Part shown: in pieces, positions 38,601 to 50,400 of the stretch
How positions within the stretch are numbered: the stretch's first letter is position 1
Layout: each line of letters opens with the position of its first letter
From: Octopus vulgaris
Taxonomy: Eukaryota
Assembly (NCBI GenBank): GCA_951406725.2
Contig: OX597837.1
Coordinates: forward strand, 24,738,001-24,802,000
Length of the DNA: 64,000 nucleotides
Direction of reading: 5' to 3'
Program-made: the position numbers and the translations under genes
The notes under the pieces: generated by a model
Database searches by the model: none
What the model saw: only the letters and a program-made list of their open reading frames with translations
What the model was told of the DNA's origin: nothing

Positions 38601-40180
38601 ATTCAGTCAGTGCAAATTTTAACCAATTGGCAGCTCTTTGTCACAGTATGGGGGAGAAATGACCCTATAAAAACTTACGAAGTCCAAAGGGATTTGCAAT
38701 CTTGCCAATTTTTAAGAGAAATTCTTGTTAAACATTTTCTCATCTTTCTTCTGAGCTGCTTTTTCATTTCTTAAAATCGTAATCGATCAACATCAATGGA
38801 ATTTGTAGCTGTGATACCAATGCTGGTGGCATGTAAGAGAACCATCCAAACGTGGCCGTAGCCAGTGCCGCCCTGACTGGCCTCCGTGCCAGTGGCACAT
38901 AAAAAGCACCATCCGATCGTGGCCGTTTGCCAGCCTCGTCTGGTCTCCGTGCCAGTGGCACATAAGAAGCACCCACTACACTCACGGAGTGGTTGGCGTT
39001 AGGAAGGGCATCCAGCTGTAGAAACTCTGCCAGATCAGACTGGGCCTGGTGCAGCCTTCTGGCTTCCCAGACCCCAGTCGAACCGTCCAACCCATGCTAG
39101 CATGGAAAGCGGACATTAAACGATGATGATGATGATTTTAGCATCTATTACTAATTTTAGCAACTGATCTTGATGAAACATTATTTGAACTATGTTTAAA
39201 AAAAATGAACTTTTTTTTTCACTCATTAAACATTTTTTCTCTCATTCTAATAATCATTTCAGAAAATAACCATCTCTTTTTCCTGGTTTTGATAAGTGCT
39301 GTGCAGGGAACTGTCAGCTCTTGAGTCATTTTGTTACCTTCTGATTAAAAATGAAAGAGCATTTCTTTCCCTGCTAATATTCACAATTTTTTTTTTTTTT
39401 GTTATTTTTACCAAACTCACTGTCCTTTCTGCATTAATTAGATTCAGTGTAATCTGTTGGCTTCTTTTGTATAATTAAACAAATTTAATTAATGGAAATA
39501 ATTTTTTTTTATTCTATTTTATTGAATCAGTGTCATCTACTCTTTTTCTGAACATCTCGCTTCTTTTGTTAACACACTATAAAATGGCGACCTCTCTATC
39601 GGTACATATTAATCATAAAAACTGGTGTCTCCTACTCCAAGAACCAATCGTTAATATTATTTTAACTATATAGAAAATATGTCATTATAAACCTCAGACA
39701 GAAACAATGTAATACCTATTTCTTTATTACCCACAAGGGGCTAAACACAGAGGGGACAAACAAGGACAGACATAGGTATTAAGTCGATTACATCGACCCC
39801 AGTGCGTAACTGGTACTTAATTTATTGACCCCGAAAGGATGAAAGGCATAGTCGACCTCGGCGGAATTTGAACTCACAACGTAACGCAGACGAAATACCG
39901 CTAAGCATTTCACCCGGCGTGCTAACGTTTCTGCCAGAGTGACAAAGTTGGTATTTTAAGTGACTAGTATCTATCATCCAATAGGTTTCCACATGGTTTT
40001 CCTCTACCGTTTGCAAAGTTGAGGCAACATGAAGACTCAAAAGATTTTTTTCTGGATTGTTTTATTCTGCTCAACTTTTGGGGTAATTTATTTTTATTAT
40101 TATTAAAATGAAATTCGATTGTCTAAGGGTCGTATTTGTATTAAATTATTTTTTTCTTTTTGAAAGTAAAACCTATATAT

Positions 40181-41248
40181 GTACAGTACTCGGCCCAATC
40201 CTGTTTCTCATCCTCATCTCTGACATAGATGAAGATACAACCAGCAACGTCTCATCCTTTGCTGATGACACCAGGGTCATGAGACAAATCAAAGACAAGG
40301 TGGATACAGAGGCCTTACAAAAGGACCTGACCACCATATATAAATGGCAGGAAACAAACAACATGTTGTTCAATGATAAGAAGTTTGAACTAATTCGCTA
40401 CGGAACAGATCAAGATCTGAAAAATACAACAAACTACAGAAACCCATCAGGACAACAAATAATGGAAAAACAGTATGTGAAAGATTTAGGCATCCACATG
40501 GAAACCAACCTAAAATTCAGAAAACACCTTGACTCAGTCTGTCTTACTGCAAGAAAGTACAGCGGGTGGATCTTGCGCACCTTCAAATCAAGAGATACCT
40601 CAACAATGAAAACCCTCTGGAACAGTATAATACTTCCGAGGATTTACTACTGTTCTCAGTTGTGGTCACCAACAACAAAGGGCCAACTATCTAAGATGGA
40701 ATCGCTCCAAAGAAATTTTACCTCATACTTCTCAGAAACGAGGGACCTGGACTATTGGCAAAGACTCAAAACCTTGAGGATGTACTCAATAGAAAGAAGA
40801 TTTGAGCGATACCGAATTATATACATTTGGAAAATGATAGAGCAAAAGGTGCCAAACTTTGGTATCAAAACCTACCACTCACTGCGCCATGGAAGACGCT
40901 GCCAGCTACCACCAATCAACAAAAAGGCTGGCCAGGCAGCAAAAACCCTGCGAGAATCAAGTCTGTTGGTTCGAGGAGCACAACTATTCAACTCCACTCC
41001 GGTACATGTCAGAAATCTATCAGGATGCAGCGTGGAATCATTCAAATTGCAGCTGGATAGATACCTAAGCACCATTAGAGATGAACCCCATCTCCCAGGA
41101 TATACACAACAAGCACAAACTGACTCAAACTCGCTCCTACACATGTCAAAATTAAACAGAGAATACAACCTGGCAACCACACCAGACTCTGAGGGTGGAG
41201 TCTTCGACTTGGCCTGAGCATGGACTCAAACTCAAATGAAATGAAATG
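40181..41248 (+). mobile_element. 5'-truncated CR1/L2-group LINE with an open RT C-terminal half
   Basis: Motifs TVLGPILFLILISDI, SFADD, KDLGI, YCSQLWSP and LFNS. No stops up to 41217, followed by a short (TGAAA)n tail. The ORF portion 40108-40180 is flanking DNA. Confidence 0.88.
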
Positions 41249-42214
41249 TATCCAGCTGTGAAATGTGCAACAACAAAATCCCAGTCCACACAACATTATC
41301 CATTGTATTCCTTGTTTTAAGATGGTAGGGTGTGGTTTTAGGGGAAATGGGTTAGTATTTCTAGCAGGTCGAGAAACAAAATAGAAGGCTCACGCCCGAG
41401 AGATAGTAGGTTTATTAAATGCTACTTTCAATCAAATTGTTTATTGATAGGCTTGGGAGCTGAAGAATATAAGGTTAGAGAAATGCAGTGATTTCATAAA
41501 AATAAGAAAGGAAGCAATCACAAAAGCATTTGTTTAGGGGAAGTTCATTCTCAGTATATATTTTAATTCCAGGGTAGATCTGACGCACTAAACATGACCT
41601 AAGACGTTCCAGCAGTGACAACTCGTTTTTCTTAAAGACATTGTGTATCTAGGATTGAGAAGGCAGCGTATGTTTTGAGGGAGATTTGGATGTTGTTTCT
41701 AACTGGTTCAGTGGCCATGTAAAAGTTACCATATTTACATAGGGCTATTTGAGTTTCATCTAATGTGAATCCAACTGATAATCTATTGCGACCATGAATT
41801 AAAAAGCATTGAGCAAGTGTCTTCTGCTATAGCCCCGGGCCGACCAATGCCTTGTGAGTGGATTTGGTAGACGGAAACTGAAAGAAGCCTGTCGTATATA
41901 TATATATATATATATATATATGTGGGGGGGGGTTTGTCCCCCTAGCATTGCTTGACAACCGATGCTGGTGTGTTTACGTCCCCATCACTTAGCGCTTTGG
42001 CAAAAGAGACAGATAGAATAAGTACTGAGCTTACAAAGAATAAGTCCCGGGGTCGATTTGCTCGACTAAAGGCGGTGCTCCAGCATGGCCACAGCCAAAT
42101 GACTGAAACAAGTAAAAGAGTAAAAGAGAGAGTATTTCTTTAATTTTAATACCAAGAAACAGGTAAAAAAAAAAAAATAGGTGGGGGTGTAATGTAGTAA
42201 ATGGAGGATGTAGT

Positions 42215-42630
42215 GACGATGAGCCGCGCCCTAGTTATAATAACCTCGATGGTGTTGCTCCAGAGAAATGCCAGCGAGACTCGGTGTAGCAGTCACTCCA
42301 CCTTGCGGAGCTCATTTTCCCGACAGGGCGCCGAGCTGGCAGAAACGTTAGCATGCCGGGCGAAATGCGTAGCCGTATTTCGTCTGCCGTTACGTTCTGA
42401 GTTCAAATTCCGTCGAGGTCGACTTAACCTTTCATCCTTTCGGGGTCGATTAAATAAGTACCAGTTACGCACTGGGATCGATATAATCGACTTAATCCGT
42501 TTGTTTGTCCCCTCTGTGGGTAGTAAAGAGATAGAGATAGAGGGCGCCGTTATCCCTACTTTGCGGAGGAAATCCGTAGTATAGGGTTTGGAAACAGTAC
42601 GGTGAACAGAGCCAGGTCCCAGTATTTATT
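42215..42630 (-). mobile_element. Old CRE-like fragment interrupted by a SINE
   Basis: With the SINE removed (TSD agggcgccg at 42325 and 42541), the minus strand gives KYWDL...DFLRKVG...LLHRVSLA. Confidence 0.5.
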
Positions 42631-42778
42631 GATTTTTTTTTCTTTCCTCAGAGTTAGGGGTGACGACACAAGGGTCTGTAGCCGATGAAACTGATATTAA
42701 ATACATATTCAAAACTATAAATATTAAATCCGTTGAAAGGTTGTCATAGTGAAACCGAAACAGATAAAAGCCATCCCG

Positions 42779-43055
42779 GGTACTACTAGCGAACAGTGGT
42801 TCCGGTGCGCGCACTGGCGTCCTTTCGCATCAGCGCTAAGCTAGTCATGACTAGTCGATCCTTACTTTGTGTTATTTACCTTGTTTAAAAAATTATTTAC
42901 TTTGTGTAACAAAAATTATTTACTTTGTGTAAAAAAAATTTATTATTTTGTGTTTTATTTACTTTGCTACGTAGTCGTTGTAGGATCGACTAGTCACGAC
43001 TCGCTAGCGCGGATGCGCGAGTGCGCGCACCGGACCGCTGTTCGCTAGTAGTACC
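42779..43055. mobile_element. CpG-rich MITE with long TIRs (GGTAC... termini, Merlin-like)
   Basis: ~90 bp imperfect TIRs from ggtactactagcgaacag to ctgttcgctagtagtacc, with an internal ~22-bp AT-rich tandem repeat. The flank (cc)atcccg recurs after the adjacent SINE at ~43272. Confidence 0.75.
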
Positions 43056-43311
43056 TATTTCTTTATTACCCACAAGGGGCTAAACAAGGACAGACATAGG
43101 TATTAAGTCGATTACATCGACCCCAGTGCGTAACTGATACTTAATTTATCGACCCCGAAAGGATGAAAGGCAAAGTCGACCTCAGCGGAATTTGAACTCA
43201 GAACGTTGCGACAGACGAAATACGGCTACGCATTTCGCCCGGCGTGCTAACGTTTCTGCCAGCTCGCCGTACCATCCCGATCTAGGCACTTTGTCTTAGG
43301 TTGAAGAATTA

Positions 43312-43402
43312 AACCGGAAACTGCAGTCACAAAAATACACACTTCCGGAAGCTGCGGCGACAGTAATTTGCTGACTTCCGGTAATATCATCATTCGGTAA
43401 AA
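43312..43402 (+). promoter_or_regulatory. PSMB7 proximal promoter/5' UTR with clustered ETS-type CCGGAA motifs
   Basis: ccggaaa at 43314, palindromic cttccggaag at 43342 and acttccgg at 43374, all within 90 nt of the ATG; no TATA box apparent. Confidence 0.6.
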
Positions 43403-46400
43403 ATGGCTTCGACTCTCGTGTCTTTCCCTCACAAATCTGGATTTGTCTTTGAAAATTGTCGTCGGTAAGTAATTTTTGTTTTAGCAAATACGTTATCAAT
43501 CATCTATATGTCTACTAGAATCAATGTACTTAGTATATCTTTAAACAATTGTCTTTTATATACGATGAATCCGTGTTTGATTGATGAACCCAAAGCATTC
43601 CTTTATTGACTCGCGAACCAGCGAGTCCTATTTTATTTTCCCGAGTCCCAACACCAGTAGTATTATGGATAGTATATTTTAGTTAAACAGTAGCTATCCT
43701 GCAGTAATATCTATTGTATTTAACGATTTTTGGCCGTCAAAACGAATTATGAACGTCACTGGCTGTGTTTGTTGTTTTGCTGAATCATTGTATGAAAGAA
43801 ACTCAAATCAGAAAAATCTGCCAATACTTTTAATCATTCGAGCTTTTAGGTTTTGTGGAAGAATTAAAAACTGGCGATCTTTCGTCTAACACACATACAC
43901 ATGTACATCAATGCTTTCCATGCACGGTAACTTCAAAAGAACTTCCCTCGTCATACAATCGCTTTCTCTTAGTCTCTTTCGCTCTCATTACTTCAAAAGT
44001 TCCCGCAAGCCCATATGTAAAAAAAAAAAAAAATTTTTTTTACGGAAATCGACGGAAAGGTCTACTAGAGACGAAAGAACTAAATAAAAAAACTGAATTC
44101 CGCCAAAAAAAATTTTTTTAATCGGATTTAGAAAACTAATTAATTTTATTCAACAGACAAATCTCAACTTAACGTTGGTAAGGATATTCTATTGTACTAA
44201 TTTTTCTGTAATTCTTGTTGGCTATTTGTGAGGGTTGGTGAGAAAATTGACTCGATCCGTCCCTTCGTTTTCCTCCCCCCCCCCACCACCACTCTTAGCG
44301 CCGATCTTGTTATATGAAGGAAAAAATTTCCAGTGCCGCCAAACCCCTAAGGATAATTGCACTTTTTGAAAGCCATTTATCATCTAATATACTGAAAATC
44401 CAGATGAATTGGGTTTTTTTTAAAAAATTTTTGGTGCTGGTGGTGTGTTTACCCCTAGGTCAGTCTTGCTTCAATAGATCTATAAATATTCCAGCCATGA
44501 CTCTCCCGTCTGTTTCCTGGGTAGTGTGTATACAGGACTACGTTATTTAATGTGTCCTCTAATTAATTAGTTAATTAAATAAATTGTGTCCTCTAAACCG
44601 TGGGTTGTTATTTGAGAGTGATTTTAGCTGCTATTTCGGCATTCTTTCGGTTTTACTCAACGATACAACCGAAAGAATGCTGCTATTTCTAACCTACGAA
44701 TATAGACTCATTTGTTGGCTCGTATCGGGAGTCACAAATGTTTCTTATTTATACGTTGAAGAAAATGTACTTCATTGTATGATAAAGGCTCAAAATGAAA
44801 ATTTTTATATATTCTAATGAGTCATGCCTGAATCTGTTAAAGAATTGAAAATAGTTTCTTGAGCCAATGTAACATAATATGACTAGTATTAAAGAACGCA
44901 TCATCTCAGTGCCATCTGGATAGTACATTTAACCCTTTAGCATTCAAACTGACCATATCTGGCCAAAATATTTAACCTGTTTTATATTGAAACTGACCAG
45001 ATCTCGCCTCTCACCTCAGCCCTACCATGTCATTCTAAAAGGACCAGTTTCACATCACTGAAATCTATAAACTACAAGATAATGCATGATTGATTCAAAC
45101 CATTTTAAATAAACAAACATCACATTTGACAGAATACTCTGAACACTAAAAGGTTAATAGAAATATAGGATTTTTTTTTTTTTTTTGTAGCAACTTCATA
45201 TTGTGTAGTTAGGAATGAGTTGCCATAATAAACAATGGAGTTAGTGAGGACCATAGTTGAGGAAGAAAAACAGAGAACTTATATTTCTTAACAACTGGGA
45301 GTCTCCATTTCCTTGCAATATGTTAACTGAATTCATGATAATTGTCTGTCATAGGCGCAAGGCCTTAAATTTTAGAGGAAAGGATGCTGGTCGATTAACC
45401 TAATCTTAGTGCTCGACTGGTACTTATTTTATCAACCTCAAAAGGATGAAAGGCAAAGATAACCTCGGAAGGATTAGAACTCAAAACATGAAGCTGCAAG
45501 AAATCCTACTGAGTATTTTGTGTGACATGTTAACGACTCTGCCAGCTTGCCACTTTCTAACTGTCTTGCAAACAACTTTCACATGCAAGTGCTACTGGTC
45601 AAGAACTCCGCATACCGGAAGCCAGCAAGTGTATGGGGTCATCAGGAGTGAATGCGCGCCGTTTCAGGGCCTACCTCTCGACAGCATCAATGTGCACTGA
45701 GAAAATCTGAGAAGCTGTGATTGATCTATTGGGAATCTGTAACCAGTGATGCTATTACTTACAAATTGGTGTTTCACACAAACAGCATTTATTTTCCAGA
45801 AGAATGTTGAAGTCTATCCTATGGTCACCCTAGTTTAGTACCTAAAGTATTATCAATCACAGAGCTATTACTCCAGTCATACGTCATCTATTATAGCTTT
45901 TATCTCTACTCTAATATGATATGAGGCCCCGCTTGCTAGATCAACTGGTTATTAAATAAAGCTCACTATTTCTCTAGCCATTGCTCATCGTCTCTTTTTA
46001 ACCAAAGCCAGTGGCTAGCCTTCTCCATTGTAGTTTAGATATCGCTCATGGTAGTATTGACTTTACGATAATAATAATTTAATCCTTTCTATTCTAGGCA
46101 TAAAGTTTGGGATTTTATGAAGAGGGGCTTGTCAATTACACTGACCCCAGTGCACAACTGGTACTTATTTCATTGACCCTGAAAGGTAGAGATGACCACA
46201 GTAGAATTTGAACTCAATGTAAAGTCGAAAGAAATGGCACCAAACATTTTGCCTTGCATGCTAATGATTCTGCCAATCTGCCACTTTAATAGTAATAATA
46301 ACTAGTGTGTGGCTAAGTGGTTAGGGTATTTGGCTCACAACTGTAAGGTCGTGAGTTCAATTCCTGTCAGCTCTCGAGCAAGGCACTTTATTTCACATTG

Positions 46401-47374
46401 CTCCAGTTCACACAACTGGCAAAAATGAGTAGTTCCTGTAACCAAATGAGCCAGCCATGCCACATTCGGTATCACGCTGAATCTTTCTGAGAACTGCATT
46501 AAGGGTAAAGGCGGCGAGCTGGCAGAAACGTTAGCATGCCCGGTGAAATGCTTTGTGGTATTTCGTCTGCCGCTGCATTCTGAGTTCAAATTCCGCCGAG
46601 GTCGACTTTGCCTTTCATCCTTTCGGGGTCGATAAATTAAGTACCAGTTACGCACTGGGGTCGATATAATCGACTTAATCCATCTGTCTGTCCTTGTTTG
46701 TCTCCTCTGTGTTTAGCCCCTTGTGGGTAGTAAAGAAATAGGTACATGTGTCTGTGGAGTGCTCAGCCACTTGCACATTAATTTCATGAGCAGGCTGTTC
46801 TGCTGATTAGATCAGCTGGAGCCCTCGTCATCATAATCACCCGAGTGCTGGCTCATAATAACTGATTTTTTATTCTCCAAAAAGATGAGAAATTGAGGAC
46901 ATTACCAAGGTGAGTTGCAAAAAACTGTGGGAGGAAGTCAAATCATGTAAAAATGAAACTTTTAATTACACGTGTTTTCCTTCTTTATACTTGATTGTGT
47001 TGTCACTAAACATAACGGAAAATATCCTCCCCTTTACCCTCTTCCTATCTTATCACCTACCTTTAATGATTGTTATTTTCTTACAGGAATGCTGCTTTAA
47101 CTAATAATGGAATTACTCTGCCCCATGCCTACAAAACTGGAACTACAATAGCTGGAGTTATTTTTAAGGTAAATTAATGTTTTAAAATTGTATTTAGTTC
47201 TTTACTGGAGAAATGTGTTGGTGAAGATTTGTATTAACACTTCACTATTCAGATTAATTTATCAAAATGTAATGCTTACTCTCTTTTACTCTTTTACTTG
47301 TTTCAGTCACTTGACGCGGCCATGCTGGAGCACCACCTTTAATTGTCAAGCAATGCTAGGGGGACAAACACACA

Positions 47375-47423
<49 letters not shown>

Positions 47424-50400
47424 AAGGGTGAAAAGGAACACACGAGTTGATATATATGAAAAAACAAGTAAAAAATAGAAAATGCTAAAATAATTTTATA
47501 GTGAACATTTCAGTACCGGTTTCGGTCATTTTGAGACCTTTTCAACTGTAACGATTAAATAATTAAATTTAGAAAAATTAGAAGAAAAGTTTTTTTAAAA
47601 GAATATTTCTATAGTAGTGTTCAGATTTAAGTGGCATTCTGCCTTTCTCTGACTCCCTTGTTTGCACTTGTGTGTTCGAGGTAGTTGTGAGTTCTTGGTA
47701 GGGTAGTAGAGGGAAGGCTGGTGAGGAAAGGGGGTGGGAGAATCTGGGAGTGCCCTGATGGTCGTATTTTGAATGGTCAGTGGCGGCTGGCAGTCTCAGT
47801 TCAATTCAGGATTGTTTATAGAATTAGCGTAGGTGTTATACTAAAAAACATTAGTGACAAACTTAAGGGGTAGGGGGTGAGAAGAAGAAGAAGAAGAAGA
47901 AGAAGAAGAAGAAGAAGGAGAAGGAGAAGATGATGGTGATGGTGGTGATGATTATGACGACGATGATGATGATAACGATGATGATGAAGAAGAAGAAGAA
48001 GAAGAAGAAGAAGAAGAAGAAGAAGAAGAAGAAGAAGAGAAGGAGAAGATGGTGGTGATGATGGTGGTGATGATGATGACGCCGATGATGATGATAACGA
48101 TGATGATGAAGAAGAAGAAGAAGAAAAAAACAGAGAAGGGAGAATATGAATGGGTGTAAATATAGCTATGAAGGGGCTGATTAGTAATGGATTCTATGGA
48201 GTGTAGTATTTGTGTGTGTATATATATTTTTTTCTTTTATTCTAAAGTTGAGGTATATTAATTGTTTGTCGTAGACCCGTTAAGAAGTGGCTTGTATTTT
48301 GTAATAAAGAGATTTTCTTTACTTATTCTTTGTCTCGAGGTTGTATCGTCCCTAAATTGGTAGAGGGGGAAAATTCTGAAGTTTGGTGTTTTTTTGTTGG
48401 CGCAAGTATCTATGTGTTGGCTAAAAGCTATTTTTCTGTTTTGGGGAATTTTTATCTGGGATCTGTGCAGGGCCATTCGTTTACGCAAACCATTTTTTGT
48501 TTGGCCTATGTACTGCTCTTGACACCCGGAGCAGGTTAGTGAGTATATTAGGTTCTCCGAAGCACATGTGAAGTTGCTTTTCACTGTAAACCGTTGTCCC
48601 TGTTTGAAGGAGAACTCCGAACCCTCGATTAGATAGTCGCATATCCCGCAATTGGGTCTTCCACATTTTTTTACTGTCGGCTTCTGTGTTGAAGAGTGAA
48701 TTCGGGCTTGTGTAAGGAGACTTTTCATGGATCTAGGCTGTCTTTTGCTTTTTATGATCGTGTGTGTTTGGAGGATTGTGTTCATTCTGTGGTCTTTTTT
48801 TAGGAGGGGTATGTTGTGGAGGATGGTGTCGAAGGCTTCGTTATTGAGAGGGTTGTGTGTGGAGATGTATGGTAAGGCTTTTGGTTGTAAGTTTTTCTTT
48901 GATTTGGGATGTCTCAGTTCCTTGATGTTAAGTTGAAGGGCACGTTGAATGCACTTGTCAATAAGTGAAGGTGGATAGTTCCTGGTGATTAGGGTATCTT
49001 TTAGTTCTTGTAGTCGTGTGTCTCTGGTGTTTGCGTTAGAGACTATAGTGCATATCCTTTTTGCTAGATTGAAGGGGATATTCATCCTGGTGTGTCTGGG
49101 GTGGCATGAATTGAATGGAAGATATTGCTTAGAGTCTGTAGGCTTATAGTATATGTCTGTTTCTATTATATCATTAGCTTTCTTAATGAGGATATCGAGG
49201 AAGGGGAGTTGTTGTTGGCTATATTCCATCGTGAATTGGATGTTTACGTCCAGTCCGTTTAAAATTTTCTGGAATTCTATGAGTTTTTCTATATTTTTAT
49301 GCCAAAGGATGAAACAGTCATCTAGATATCTCTTCCAGTTGTTTTCTATGTAGATGGAGAAAGGGCTGCCATATCTTTCTAGAACCTTACGATACAGACT
49401 GATCTCTAGGTATCCTATGACTAGGTTGGCAAAGGAGGGGGCCATTCGTGTACCCATCGCAGTCCCCGATTTTTGTCGGTAGAAGTTGTCATTGAAGGCG
49501 AAGAAGTTATTTTCCAGGATGAATTTAACCCCTTCTATCACAAATTCTTTTTTGATGCGGTGTGGTAGTTCGTTGGCGTGATTCTCTAGCCAGAATTGGA
49601 TTGCCTCTAGTCCTAGGTTGTGGGGGATATTGGAGTAGAGGTTGACTACATCGAAGGATACCAGTATGGTGTTCTTGTTTATAGTATTCGGTAGGTGATT
49701 GAGCATATCTAAGTCGTCCCTTATATAGCTTTTGACATGTTTGAGGAGTGGTTTTAACAGGGTGTCTAAAAAGTTACTGAGGCGGTGGGTTTCGCATGCG
49801 GGACCTGCTATTATGGGTCTCAATTTGAGGTCATTAGGATTAGGGACTTTAATTATTTTGTCTGTAGCTATCTTGCATGCTTTGCTTATTTTTTCACTTT
49901 TGTGGATCTTAGGTATACCGTAGAATTGGCTAGTTTTACTTGTGAAATTGGTCATATAATCATATTCTTTGTCGGTGAGCCCTGCTTTGTATGGGTTTAA
50001 TATGGATTTTAGTTCCCTCATTATTTTTTGTTGACTGTAGTTTTGTGCCTTTTCATAGTATGTTGTGTCTTCCAGCATAGAAAGTACCAAAGTTATGTAA
50101 AATGTCGTATCCATTAAGACAACAGCACTCCCTTTATCGGCCTCTTTGATTGTTATTGTTTTATCTAGTTTTAATTTGTTCAACTCAGCCCATTCTTTTT
50201 TGCTGAAGTTTGGTTTGTGTTTTTGTTTGTGCATATGTTGATATGGGTAATTTGATATGTGGTCACAGAAATCATCAAGTGTTTTATTCTTACCTTTCGA
50301 GGGGGTGTAGTTACTCCTATTTCTGGCTAACGATTCGTCCTCGTTGTATTTATCGTATAGCTCCTCAGTAAGTCTTAATTTTCTGCAGAATTCTGCGATG

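Noticed and set aside
39578-39592. TATAAAATGGCG (TATA plus YY1-like motif) in the intergenic region
   Set aside because: No downstream exon or ORF could be supported; a single short motif is insufficient.
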